A stretch of 64,000 bases of DNA from Acidimicrobiia bacterium (GTDB taxonomy: Bacteria; Actinomycetota; Acidimicrobiia; Spongiisociales; ZC4RG35): the NCBI GenBank assembly GCA_965203555.1, contig CBDBCY010000004.1, forward strand, positions 928,001 through 992,000, given 5' to 3'. A program made the position numbers and the translations under genes. Position 1 is the stretch's first letter. Each line of letters begins with the position of its first letter. Positions 21,387 to 31,259 of the stretch are shown piece after piece. The notes under the pieces were generated by a model, which saw only the letters and a program-made list of their open reading frames with translations, had not been told where the DNA came from and did no database searches.

Positions 21387-22388
21387 TTGAAGGCTGTTGC
21401 AACTACGGGACCGGGACGGATTGGACTGGTGGAAGTGCCTTCGTCGCGGGTGGGAAACCGGACACTGGTACGCCTGGAAAGAGCGGGCATATGCGGAACG
21501 GACCTCAAAATCGTGGACGGGACCCCTGTGGTCGACTACCCGCGAGTGCTGGGGCATGAACTGGTGGGAACCGTTGCCGCAGCGGGGTCGGGCGGGAAAA
21601 TCCCCGCTGGAGCGAGGGTCCTGGTCAATCCGGGGATACACTGCGGGTCCTGCCATCTGTGTCTCAAGGACCTGGCCCACCTCTGCCACCGGGGCGGACT
21701 GCTGGGAAGGGACTTCGATGGAGTGTTCGCAGAAACCCTGGCAATCGACGAACATTTCCTGCACGTTGTTCCCGATCTCGTGGCAGCCGACGACGGTGGG
21801 CTCTTGCAGGTGTTGGGTACGGTGGTCCATGCCCAACAGACAGTTGCAGTCTCGACCGAAACGGTGGCGGTCGTGATCGGACTGGGTGTGTCCGGTTTGC
21901 TGCATCTCCAGCTTCTGGGCGAACGCGGCGCGGGCAGAGTGATCGGCGTTACCCGGTCCCGCTGGAAACTGGAGTTGGCCCGAAGCCTGGGGGCCTATGC
22001 CGTGGCACCTCCCGACGAGGCGGCGGAGGTGGTGGCCGAAGTGTCCGAAGGTAGAGGCGCCGATCTGGTCATCGAGTCGGTGGGGACGGAAGCAACAGTG
22101 GCCCAGGCGATTGAACTGGCCGGATCCGGCGGAGATGTGATCGTCTATGGCACAGTCACAGGCACCGGGAAAAGCATCCCCTACTACCAGCTGTATTTCA
22201 AGGAATTGACACTCCACAACCCGAGAGCCGCCCGACCCGGGGATTATGACACCGCCATCGGTCTGGCTGCGGAGGGGCAAATCCAACTGGGTCCGCTCGT
22301 TACCACCCGCTACCCGTTGGAGGAAGCCGCAGCGGCCTTCGCCGCCGCCCGCAGCGGCAACCATCTCAAGGTTCTTCTGACACCCTGA
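21387..22388 (+). CDS. Zinc-dependent medium-chain dehydrogenase
   Basis: GICGTD, LGHE, structural-Zn motif CGSCHLC...C, Rossmann GLGVSG. Confidence 0.9.
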   Translation: MKAVATTGPGRIGLVEVPSSRVGNRTLVRLERAGICGTDLKIVDGTPVVDYPRVLGHELVGTVAAAGSGGKIPAGARVLVNPGIHCGSCHLCLKDLAHLCHRGGLLGRDFDGVFAETLAIDEHFLHVVPDLVAADDGGLLQVLGTVVHAQQTVAVSTETVAVVIGLGVSGLLHLQLLGERGAGRVIGVTRSRWKLELARSLGAYAVAPPDEAAEVVAEVSEGRGADLVIESVGTEATVAQAIELAGSGGDVIVYGTVTGTGKSIPYYQLYFKELTLHNPRAARPGDYDTAIGLAAEGQIQLGPLVTTRYPLEEAAAAFAAARSGNHLKVLLTP

Positions 22389-22464
22389 TTGCAATTGCCC
22401 GACGGTCAGTCGATATCGTGCCCCACGGGTATGATTTCCCAGCAATCGAGCTAAGGAAAAGCGC

Positions 22465-23703
22465 ATGCGGGAAGCCTTCGGGGTATTGAGCACCGACTGG
22501 AAAGAAGGGATCAACTGGGACGCCGTCCGAAAGTGGCGATTGAAACGAGCCCACGAAGCGATGAAACGTTACGGACTCGGCGCCCTGTTGCTGTTCTACG
22601 ACGAGAACATGCGTTATGTCTCATCGACCCTCACCCCGGGCTGGAACCGACTCAAGCCCGGTCTTCGTTATGTGGTGCTGATCGAGGACCAGCCGCCGAT
22701 CGTGTACGAGCAGGGTGACCTGGGATTCCACCTGGAAGTCCACAATCCCTGGATCCCCAAGGAGAACATCCGCTACTCGTACGCATGGATCAAGGGCGCG
22801 GTGGGACCGGCCTCCACCCAGCAGGTGAACAAATTCACCAGGGCACTGATCGACGACCTCGAGGCAGCCGGAGTCAGGGACAAGCCTCTTGGCGTGGACT
22901 TCATCGACATCAATCTGATCAAGGTCTTCCAGCAGCAAGGCATCGAGTGGACCGACGGCATGACGCCGATGATGGAAGCTCGCGCCATCAAGAGTCCCGA
23001 CGAAGTGAAGGCATTTTCCATGGTGGGATCGATCTGCGATTACGTCCACTACGAGATCACCAACTTCATCAAGCCGGGGATGACCGAGAACCAGGTGGCG
23101 GCGTTCGGGTTCGAGAAACTGTATTCCATACCGGGCATGGAGGACGTGGAGGACGTGATCGTTTCGTCAGGGCCCAATGCCTGGCCCAACTGGCGTAACT
23201 TCTCCGACCGGATGATCCGCCCCGGCGAATTGGTGATCGTCGACCTGGCCGCCCTCACCTGGAACGGATTCAAGAGTTGCGTGTACCGCACCTACTGCGT
23301 GGGCGGCAGTCCGACCGATGAGATGCAGGCCGTGTACGACGAAGCGCACACTTGGCTGTGGGACTCGATCGAGGCCACCCGACCGGGGGTCAGCACCGCC
23401 GACGTGGCATCCAAGTGGCCGAGCGCCCGGGAGATCTGGGGATACGAGGAGGAGGACCAGGCGGCGGCCAACCTCTGGGGCCACGGTCTGGGCCTTGCTC
23501 AGTACGACCCACCGGTAATCTCCCGCATCTGGTCCCTGGATCATCCGGTGGAGATCCAACCCGGGATGACCTTCGCTCTGGAAACCCAGCACGGAAAACT
23601 CCACAGATTCGGGGTCCGTCTGGAGGAGATGCTGTACGTCACCGCCACGGGCATCGAAATGGTGTCCACCTATAAATCTCACGAGATAATCGTCGTGGAC
23701 TGA
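22465..23703 (+). CDS. M24 (pita-bread) family metallo-hydrolase, non-canonical, with Cys at the second Asp ligand position
   Basis: Creatinase-like N-domain; ARAIKSPDE, VDL...GFKSCVYRT, GHGLG, ALETQ, GVRLEEM. Confidence 0.85.
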   Translation: MREAFGVLSTDWKEGINWDAVRKWRLKRAHEAMKRYGLGALLLFYDENMRYVSSTLTPGWNRLKPGLRYVVLIEDQPPIVYEQGDLGFHLEVHNPWIPKENIRYSYAWIKGAVGPASTQQVNKFTRALIDDLEAAGVRDKPLGVDFIDINLIKVFQQQGIEWTDGMTPMMEARAIKSPDEVKAFSMVGSICDYVHYEITNFIKPGMTENQVAAFGFEKLYSIPGMEDVEDVIVSSGPNAWPNWRNFSDRMIRPGELVIVDLAALTWNGFKSCVYRTYCVGGSPTDEMQAVYDEAHTWLWDSIEATRPGVSTADVASKWPSAREIWGYEEEDQAAANLWGHGLGLAQYDPPVISRIWSLDHPVEIQPGMTFALETQHGKLHRFGVRLEEMLYVTATGIEMVSTYKSHEIIVVD

Positions 23704-23704
23704 C

Positions 23705-25408
23705 ATGCCGGAGGTGGCCCGCCTGGTCTGGCTCGACGAGGCGGACGCGCAGGACGCCGACTTGGTGGGAGCCAAGGCCAGTCGCTTGGCCACAGCCCGC
23801 GCCCGTGGTTTGCCGGTGCTCGACGGATTCGTGGTTCCGGTCGAAGTCTGCGTTCCGATCATCCGGGCAGGAGAAACCGTGCTCAGATCAACGAACAACT
23901 CCGGCGCGGCCAGATCGGCGGTCTATAACCATCCGCCACCCCCGCTGCTCCGGGATATTGCAGAAACGGCAAGGCAACTCGGCAATTCCCTGGTGGTGCG
24001 ATCATCGAGCCGGGCGGAAGCCGAGGGCATCTGGGCCGGGGCCTTCTCGTCATACCTGGGGATGGGACCCGAAGAACTTACTCAGGGGGTAATAGGCTGC
24101 TGGGCCTCGGTCTTCAGCCCTGGCACTCTGAAGCGGGGGGAGGTAACGGGGACCTCTCCACCCGAGATAGGAATGGCAGTGCTCATCCAGCCCGAGATTC
24201 GACCGACCTGGGGAGGAGTCGCCACCGCCGCAGATGACGGGAGGGTGAGGGTGGCCGGCGCTCGGGGACATCCCGCCGGCCTGGTGGCCGGTTGGGAGAG
24301 AGGGCACCTTGCCATCGTCAACGCCCGCGGTGACATCCCCGCAGATGGAGCACCTCTCGGTTCCCGGCTTCTCCGGGAGATCGCCGATCTGACCAGAGCC
24401 ACCGCGGAGAAGATCCAGTGCAATCACATCGAGTGGATAGAGGATCAAGAGGGAAGGCTCCATCTGGTCCAAGTTCAACCCAAGGTGGACTCCCGAGTCG
24501 ATCAGGTCAACCGCCCTCCACCCGACCCTGTCCAAGCGGCGGAGCCTTGGATGAGCGGTGCGCTCCGCATGATGATCCGGTACCCGGGCCCTGTGGGAGA
24601 GGAGCTTGTTTGGCCGTGGGCCGTCGGCCTCCAAGACCTCTCCCCCGCTCGGACCGGGCAAACCCGCAAGACCGTGGCAACTCTCATCAAGGACGTTCGG
24701 GAAGGGGCTGCCCTTCTGATGTCACAGCGTTGGGGTGGTACCGACTCCTCGACGAACCCTGACCGAGCCTGGTCGGCGTTGCGTCGCGGCGACTCCGCTC
24801 CACTCCGGGGCCTGATCTCCCGACATCGGTGGGTTGACCGGCGCTTCGCCGCCGAGCTTCTGAGCAATCTCCAGAAACTGGGGCAGGCACTTACCACTGT
24901 CGGTGTGATTCCCCACCCCGGCTGGATTTGGTACCTCGACCCGAGCAACTTGGACCAGCCGCCTCCTGACCGACATAGCCCCATGCGTCGGATCGGGACC
25001 ACGTTCTGGGACGCCTGGATGTATGGCGTGATAACTTCCCAAGATGAAAGCATCTCCGGAATCCCGGCGTCGCGGGGATGGGGTGTCGGCCGACTCAGAT
25101 TCATTGACAACGCCGATGGCGCCGCCTCGTTCTCTCCTCGAGAAGTCATCGCAACCTCGGCGCCGGTCGGCAACCTTGCCCCATTACTGTGGAACGCCGC
25201 CGGCCTCATCACGGCCGAGGGAAGCCCCGGAGCACACCTCTTCGAAGTGGCGGAGTGGCTTGCGGTTCCCGCCGTGTGTGGAGTTGACTTCAGGCACTGG
25301 CCCACGCCGGCCATGGGGCAATCACATGAAGGGGCGGATTTGATAGTGGCGGTGGACGGCGATCGTGGCCACATCACCCGGCTACCTTCAACACCTAAGC
25401 GGGCCTGA
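23705..25408 (+). CDS. PEP-utilising/dikinase-like protein (ATP-grasp, unknown middle domain, C-terminal phospho-His domain)
   Basis: VGAKA, LPVLDGFVV, VVRSS, CWAS, MAVLIQ, IEW at the N-terminus; GIPASRG...AAGLITAEGSPGAH...VPAVCGV at the C-terminus. Confidence 0.8.
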   Translation: MPEVARLVWLDEADAQDADLVGAKASRLATARARGLPVLDGFVVPVEVCVPIIRAGETVLRSTNNSGAARSAVYNHPPPPLLRDIAETARQLGNSLVVRSSSRAEAEGIWAGAFSSYLGMGPEELTQGVIGCWASVFSPGTLKRGEVTGTSPPEIGMAVLIQPEIRPTWGGVATAADDGRVRVAGARGHPAGLVAGWERGHLAIVNARGDIPADGAPLGSRLLREIADLTRATAEKIQCNHIEWIEDQEGRLHLVQVQPKVDSRVDQVNRPPPDPVQAAEPWMSGALRMMIRYPGPVGEELVWPWAVGLQDLSPARTGQTRKTVATLIKDVREGAALLMSQRWGGTDSSTNPDRAWSALRRGDSAPLRGLISRHRWVDRRFAAELLSNLQKLGQALTTVGVIPHPGWIWYLDPSNLDQPPPDRHSPMRRIGTTFWDAWMYGVITSQDESISGIPASRGWGVGRLRFIDNADGAASFSPREVIATSAPVGNLAPLLWNAAGLITAEGSPGAHLFEVAEWLAVPAVCGVDFRHWPTPAMGQSHEGADLIVAVDGDRGHITRLPSTPKRA

Positions 25409-25553
25409 GCATGGAAACCCGGAAGCAAAACCATCACCTGGTTTAGCGGGAAGAATCAGAGGATTCTGTCATCAAAAGAGGTTGTGGGCCAAGCATCGGT
25501 GGAACGCTACGGGTAGCCTCTACTGGAGGGCCTTACCAGGAGGGACCTGACAT

Positions 25554-26579
25554 ATGCCTGAGGACCAAGTAAGAATTTCGCTGGAAGAAGTCCATCGGCT
25601 CACGGCGGCGGCCCTACGGGTCCACGGAGCATCTCCCGAGAACGCAGATGCCGTAGCTCAGACCATCACCGCCGCCGAGCGAGACGACTGCAAAGCTCAC
25701 GGGCTCTTCCGAGTGCCCTTCTATGTGAAGGGCCTGACCGACGGCAAAGTGAACGGAACGGCGGTTCCCGAGGTCCAGGACGTCTCTTCCGGCTTGGCGA
25801 GGGTCGATGCGCGCCGGGGTTACGCCCCGTTGGCGATCCGAATCGGCATCGAAGAGCTGGTGGGCAAGGCGAAGGCCAGCGGGATTGCCGCCGTCGCCAT
25901 CGTCAACTGTTATCACGTAGCAGCGCTGTGGCCCGAAGTGGAATGGTTGGCCGAACGTGGCTTCGTATCTTTCGCGTTCACCCAATATCTGTCATTCGTG
26001 GCCCCGGCCGGCGGGACCCAACGGGTCTATGGCACCAATCCGATGGCCTTCGGGTGGCCCCGAGACGGCGCTCCACCGCTGGTGTTCGACCAGGCCTCCA
26101 GCGCCAGTTCCCGGGGTGACCTGCTCCTCCACAATCGTGACGGGAAACCAATACCCCTCGGGTGGGCGATCGACACGGACGGCAACCCCACCACCGACGC
26201 GGCGGAAGGTCTGAAAGGCGCCCAGATGCCGTTTGGAGGATACAAGGGCGCGGCGCTGGCCCTGATGGTCGAACTTCTTGCCGGCGCCCTGATCGGTGCC
26301 CCATTCAGCTTCGAGGCCACCGAGATGGATCCTCGCGAAGACATGCCGCCACTGGGTGGAGAGTTGATCATGGCGATAGACCCGACCCACTTCCACACCG
26401 ATCCCCAAGATCCCCTCATCCACTCCGAGAAACTCTTCGGACAGGTGCTGAGCCAGGAGGGAACTCGCCTGCCTTCCGACCGGCGTTACGCGGCGCGCCA
26501 AGAAACGATCAAGAATGGGGTGGTGGTGCCTGGCGCCTTCTACCAGGCGTTGCAGGACATGGCGGCCGGAGTCGCCTGA
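25554..26579 (+). CDS. Ldh_2 family oxidoreductase (DpkA / sulfolactate dehydrogenase-like)
   Basis: HGLFR, AALWPEVE, GTNPMAFG, PFGGYKGAALALMVELLAG; SD AGGAGG. Confidence 0.88.
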   Translation: MPEDQVRISLEEVHRLTAAALRVHGASPENADAVAQTITAAERDDCKAHGLFRVPFYVKGLTDGKVNGTAVPEVQDVSSGLARVDARRGYAPLAIRIGIEELVGKAKASGIAAVAIVNCYHVAALWPEVEWLAERGFVSFAFTQYLSFVAPAGGTQRVYGTNPMAFGWPRDGAPPLVFDQASSASSRGDLLLHNRDGKPIPLGWAIDTDGNPTTDAAEGLKGAQMPFGGYKGAALALMVELLAGALIGAPFSFEATEMDPREDMPPLGGELIMAIDPTHFHTDPQDPLIHSEKLFGQVLSQEGTRLPSDRRYAARQETIKNGVVVPGAFYQALQDMAAGVA

Positions 26580-26611
26580 CCGTCATTATTTCAAGCAGCC
26601 GGATGGAACGC

Positions 26612-27913
26612 CTACCGGTCTTCTGCGGTCGGGTGAAGGAGTTTGGGCGGAACGTGGACGCCGTCGCTGATCGTGCGGTCACCAAGCGGTCGGGACAGTT
26701 CGATGCTGACCGGAGTGGACGGATTGCCCTGGCAGGTGACCATCCGGTCGGAGGGCCGGATGGCCGCGAATGCGACCAGAACCGCGGTCTCGGTCTCCAC
26801 CACTTGGGGACCCACCAAGGCGTCGCCCATCTCCCGGCCGCTGGCGCAACCCACTTCGGTGACCATCAGGTGAATGGTGGTGCTGTCGGAACCGGGAAGC
26901 GAGTCCGGATCAAGGCGTACTTCGACCCGGCCGAGCCCGTCGGGAAGCGCCACGGTGGATTCGCAGGGAGGGCCCAGACCATACCCACTCAACCGCCACC
27001 CGTCGCCGCTGCGCTCGAACTGTGAGTAGCCGAATTCGTCCGGGAACAGGACCGCGAACGTGGCCCGGTCCTCATCGATGCTGATCACCACCCACCGTCC
27101 CCGTGGCAGCGGCTCGGGGCCCGGAGCGTCAAGTTCGGCGCGCAAGGCGTCCACCGCCGGATGGTCGACGTGGTCGATGGAGGGTGGCTCGACCAGTTGC
27201 GAGTAGCGCACCGGCGGTATATCTCGGCAGGTCACCAGAGGGTCCTCCACTTCCAGGTCGGGGATCACCCGCAGCGGCCCGCTGGGTGGCTCGGGAGTGT
27301 GGGAAACCGAAACGCATACGGCCCCCGGGTCCGGCACCAGCTCGGCGAGTTCGTCGAGGGTCCCCTCCGGTGGGTTCAGCAAGTCGACGCCCACCCGGTT
27401 CTGGGTAATGGACACCGTCGAGAACATCGACTCTGCGAAGTCCCGGCCGGCCACGGCGTCCATGACCTGCCCCTGGATCGCCTCCAGTTCTGCCTTGGTG
27501 TAACGCACCTGCACCACGTCGATCGTCACGTCCTCCGTAGACGGGAGCAAGGCCAGGATGGCATTCCGATGGGTGTCGGGATCGTCGGTGAACGCCACCA
27601 CGACCACCCGGTTGTCGCGGTCGATCCACCGCCCGCCGTAAGAGGCGGTGTGTTCATCGCGGTAGGCGCCCAGCACCTCCATAATGGCGTCAGGGTTCTG
27701 GCGGCCGCCGAGGTTGCCCTGCAAACCCGACGCCGCCGTTTCCACATCCTCGCAATGTTCAAGCCGCAACTCGTCCACCGACGCCACCCCCGCCGAGGAC
27801 CCTGACCCGGCAGCACCAGGATCAGGCTCGGTAGCGCAACCGGTGGCCAGCAACACCCCGGCCAGGAACATCACTGCAACCCTCACCTCAATCTTGCCAC
27901 CACCCGCCCGCAT
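26612..27913 (-). CDS. Hypothetical lipoprotein
   Basis: VLLATG-C lipobox; acidic multi-domain protein with a C-terminal CASG...CQGNP Cys pair; start uncertain. Confidence 0.65.
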   Translation of the reverse strand: MRAGGGKIEVRVAVMFLAGVLLATGCATEPDPGAAGSGSSAGVASVDELRLEHCEDVETAASGLQGNLGGRQNPDAIMEVLGAYRDEHTASYGGRWIDRDNRVVVVAFTDDPDTHRNAILALLPSTEDVTIDVVQVRYTKAELEAIQGQVMDAVAGRDFAESMFSTVSITQNRVGVDLLNPPEGTLDELAELVPDPGAVCVSVSHTPEPPSGPLRVIPDLEVEDPLVTCRDIPPVRYSQLVEPPSIDHVDHPAVDALRAELDAPGPEPLPRGRWVVISIDEDRATFAVLFPDEFGYSQFERSGDGWRLSGYGLGPPCESTVALPDGLGRVEVRLDPDSLPGSDSTTIHLMVTEVGCASGREMGDALVGPQVVETETAVLVAFAAIRPSDRMVTCQGNPSTPVSIELSRPLGDRTISDGVHVPPKLLHPTAEDR

Positions 27914-28035
27914 CAAGCCGGCCCGGCGCCATCCCGGCACAAATCGCGGCCGACCAGGTCCCCCCGGACGGCTTGATCCTTCGGCGCCAAGATTCACCTG
28001 ACATCCCCGCGCCAAACAGCAGACACAGTAATCGC

Positions 28036-28887
28036 TTAACGCGTTCCCTGTTCGAAGGTATCACGCAGGCGCGGATCCAGGACATCACGCCCCGCGTCTC
28101 CGAGGGTGTTCAGCGCCCAGACACTGACGAAGATCAGAACGCCGGGAAAGGTCACCAGCCACGGTGTGAGGCGGATATAGCTGTAGCCCACTTGGAGAAG
28201 CGTTCCCCAGGAGGCCGAAGGTGGCTGCACGCTGAGACCGAGAAAGCCCAGCGACGCCTCCGTCAGGATGGCTACCGCCAGACCGAATGACACCTGGACG
28301 ATAACCGGCGAAACGATGTTGGGAAGGATGGTCCGCCGGAGCAAGGTTCCGGTCCTCACGCCAAGCGCAGTCGATGAAACCACGTAGAGACGTTCTTTCT
28401 CGACAACGACGGCGTTTCGGACAACTCTGATCAAGTAAGGCACGGTCATCAGCGCAATGGCAATCATCAAGGTTGTCAACGATGCTCCAAACAGCGCCAC
28501 GACCACCAGGCCGATAAGGATTCCCGGGAACCCCAGAAGGGCATCGGTGGTACGCATGATGATGCTGTCGACGATGCCTCCCAGCAAGCCGGCAATCATT
28601 GCCAGCGGGATGCCCGAGAGCACCGCCAGTATCTCTGCCGCCACCGCGATACCCAACGAAATTCGGGCACCGTGCGCCAGCAGGGTGACCATGTCCCGCC
28701 CCGTGTCGTCGGTTCCCAGCCAGAACCGGGCTGATGGACCGCTCAGCGCCGCGTCGGCGTGGATTTCTCTGGGACCGTAAGGGCTGACGAACGGCCATAT
28801 CAGAGCAAACACCGCGATAAGACCCAGCGTGATAGCCGCGGCGAGCGCCACGCGGTCTCGATTAACCATGGTCTTCCAAAAATTCAT
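28036..28887 (-). CDS. Dpp/Opp ABC permease (DppC-like)
   Basis: LGTDDTGRD, GARISL, EASLGFLGL, PPSASWG. Confidence 0.92.
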   Translation of the reverse strand: MNFWKTMVNRDRVALAAAITLGLIAVFALIWPFVSPYGPREIHADAALSGPSARFWLGTDDTGRDMVTLLAHGARISLGIAVAAEILAVLSGIPLAMIAGLLGGIVDSIIMRTTDALLGFPGILIGLVVVALFGASLTTLMIAIALMTVPYLIRVVRNAVVVEKERLYVVSSTALGVRTGTLLRRTILPNIVSPVIVQVSFGLAVAILTEASLGFLGLSVQPPSASWGTLLQVGYSYIRLTPWLVTFPGVLIFVSVWALNTLGDAGRDVLDPRLRDTFEQGTR

Positions 28888-29828
28888 CTCAACCTCGGAT
28901 CGAGAATTCGATAAAGGACTTCAACGAGGAAATTGACCAGCAGGAATGCTGTCACGAAGAGAAGCAGGGCTGCCTGCAGGACCGGATAATCCCTCGCGGT
29001 AACGGCGTTGACCAGGAGCCACCCCAAACCCGGGAAGGCGAAGACCCATTCGATGAGCACAGCCCCGCCCATGAGGGTGCCGGCCTGCAAGCCAACGATG
29101 GTCAGAGCCGGCAGCAGAGCATTCCGCAATGAATGGACCCAGATGACCCGGCGACCGGACAGACCCTTGGCCCTCGCAACGTCGACGAACTGTTCCGAAA
29201 GCACGTCCAGCATGCTCGACCTCACGAACCTCATGGTGGGCGCTGCGAGGGTTATCGCAAGCGTCAGGGAAGGTAAGGCGATGTGCATGGCCCACTCACC
29301 GAGACCCTCGGTGGCTGAGACGTATCCGGACGCGGGAAAGATCTGAAACTGGATCGCTAGAACCAGAACCAATAGGATTCCCAGCCAAAACTGCGGTATC
29401 GCTATTCCCGCACTGACAAAACCGGTCAGGAACCTGTCGATCAGGCTTCCACGCCGAAGCGCCGCCAGCACCCCGCCCGGAACCGCGATGAAGACCGACA
29501 TGACCAGCGCCACGACCGCCAATTGCACCGAAGGCCAGATCTTCTCGGCAATGACCTGCTCGACAGGTAGCCCGTTCACCACCGAGTTTCCAAGCTCGCC
29601 TCTCACGATGTCGGTCAGCCAATTGCCGTACTGGACCAGGAGAGGATCGTTATAGCCGAGTCTCTCTCTGGCCGCGTCCAACTCTTCCATGGACACCCCG
29701 ATCTGACCGCCGTACATCGCCAGGACCGGGTCACCCGGCGCCAACCTCATCGCAAAGAAGAGAAGGGCCGACGCGATCAGCAGTACGGGAATCGCCTGGA
29801 GGAAACGCCGAACGGATGCCTTAAGAAT
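28884..29828 (-). CDS. Dpp/Opp ABC permease (DppB-like); probable non-canonical ATT start
   Basis: APGDP, ARAKGL, HSLRNALLP, IEWVFAFPGLG, RDYP, LDPRLR. The first TM (RRFLQAIPVLLIASALLFFA) lies upstream of ATG 29750. Confidence 0.88.
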   Translation of the reverse strand: MLKASVRRFLQAIPVLLIASALLFFAMRLAPGDPVLAMYGGQIGVSMEELDAARERLGYNDPLLVQYGNWLTDIVRGELGNSVVNGLPVEQVIAEKIWPSVQLAVVALVMSVFIAVPGGVLAALRRGSLIDRFLTGFVSAGIAIPQFWLGILLVLVLAIQFQIFPASGYVSATEGLGEWAMHIALPSLTLAITLAAPTMRFVRSSMLDVLSEQFVDVARAKGLSGRRVIWVHSLRNALLPALTIVGLQAGTLMGGAVLIEWVFAFPGLGWLLVNAVTARDYPVLQAALLLFVTAFLLVNFLVEVLYRILDPRLR

Positions 29829-29843
29829 CTTGACGCCGCCTTT

Positions 29844-31259
29844 CTAAGCGCCTGCAAAGCTTCCGTACAACTTGTCGCGCCCAGGCTGGCGGACCGTGTG
29901 CGGCCCAAGGTCCTGCCACATGCGCCGACCGATGCTCCACATCTCAAGCTCCTTTTCAGGAACCGATGCAATCTGGATACCGACCGGCAGGCCATCTCGA
30001 TGAAGGCGCATGGGAAGAGTCAGCGTCGGGTACTCGACCAGGTTGATCGGCGCGGTGTACCTGGTCTTCCTGGTCAGTAACGCTTCGACGTTGGACAGAT
30101 CGATCGGACTGCCCGACGTATCGTCCTCCTCGCATCGAGCGAAGGCGCGGGACCAGACGAGTGAATAGGGTCGGACCGGGGTGACGGGGGTTACGACCGC
30201 ATGGCAGTCGCTCAGTTCCTCCGCATATCGCTTCTTGAATTGGCGCCGGGCACTCAGCGCTCCCGAATAATCCTCCGGCGAGGTCGTGGGTCCATCGGTC
30301 AGCAGTTGGTGTGAGGGGGCTGACAGTACTTCTCTGGCCTCCTCTGTCAGGTGGGACTCGAGGGCGCGGGAGTACTCATAGGCAAATATCTTCCAGATCG
30401 CATCCCGGACCTGGCTCCCCAGACCCGGTAGGCGCACCCTTACCGTGGAGTAACCGCAATCTTGCGCCCAGGAGCGCACCTCTTCTTGCAGCACGGCGTG
30501 ATCGTCGTCCACTTCTTCGCCTTCGAGATCCAGAATCCCGATGCACAGGTCCCCCCGGCCGAAGTCGGAAGGCACCCGCGACCAGTCGTTCTCTTCCAAC
30601 TCACTTCGGCCGCCCGGGAATGGAACAGCCCGCCCCAGCAGATCCAGGTCCCGAGCCATGACCCCGATCGCGTCCAGGGTGGAGGGACCAGGCCAGACGC
30701 CATCCTTGTGCCAGGCGTGTTTCCCGGATGGCTTGTAGGAGAGGACACCGCAGAACTCCGCGGGAATCCGTACGGAACCGGCCGCATCCGTGCCCAGAGC
30801 CACATGGCACAGCGCTGCAGCAACCGCGGCCGCAGAGCCGCTGGAACTTCCTCCGGGAATCAGGGAGTGATTCCATGGATTCACCGCCGGCGGCAGGCCG
30901 CAGCCCGGAGCGCCGTAACCCAGTTCGTACATGTTGGTCTTGCCTTTGATCACAAACCCCTGGCGAACCAGCCACCTGACCCACGCCCCGGAGACCGATT
31001 CGTTGCTTTTGAGCACCGGCACCGCCAGACCCGCCGCCAAGGGGAATCCCTCTACCTGGATGTTGTCCTTGATGCCGGCCGTCGCCACCCGGTCGTCTCC
31101 GCAGGGGTAACCGGACTCCCGATCGGCCTCCCGCGGCGGCGGTGTTAGATCCTGACGGTTCGCAGGAAGATGGCGTACAACCACAAAGGCGTTTAATTCT
31201 CGGTTGGTGGCGTCGAATTCCTGACCGGTCCTCGGATAACGTAGATTCTTCTCACTCAT
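29844..31259 (-). CDS. Amidase signature family enzyme
   Basis: IKDNI, GKTNMYELG, PGGSSSGSAAAVAA, GTDAAGSVRIPA (Lys-Ser-Ser triad). Confidence 0.92.
   Translation of the reverse strand: MSEKNLRYPRTGQEFDATNRELNAFVVVRHLPANRQDLTPPPREADRESGYPCGDDRVATAGIKDNIQVEGFPLAAGLAVPVLKSNESVSGAWVRWLVRQGFVIKGKTNMYELGYGAPGCGLPPAVNPWNHSLIPGGSSSGSAAAVAAALCHVALGTDAAGSVRIPAEFCGVLSYKPSGKHAWHKDGVWPGPSTLDAIGVMARDLDLLGRAVPFPGGRSELEENDWSRVPSDFGRGDLCIGILDLEGEEVDDDHAVLQEEVRSWAQDCGYSTVRVRLPGLGSQVRDAIWKIFAYEYSRALESHLTEEAREVLSAPSHQLLTDGPTTSPEDYSGALSARRQFKKRYAEELSDCHAVVTPVTPVRPYSLVWSRAFARCEEDDTSGSPIDLSNVEALLTRKTRYTAPINLVEYPTLTLPMRLHRDGLPVGIQIASVPEKELEMWSIGRRMWQDLGPHTVRQPGRDKLYGSFAGA

Noticed and set aside
22465-23703. Assigning the M24 proteins as DddP, creatinase or DoeA
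   Set aside because: Only fold-level resemblance is visible, and the Cys-substituted ligand set does not match what I know of those enzymes.
23705-25408. Calling this PEP synthase, PPDK or a rifampin resistance gene
   Set aside because: There is no C-terminal TIM-barrel domain, and the middle domain is far shorter than the RPH rifampin-binding domain.
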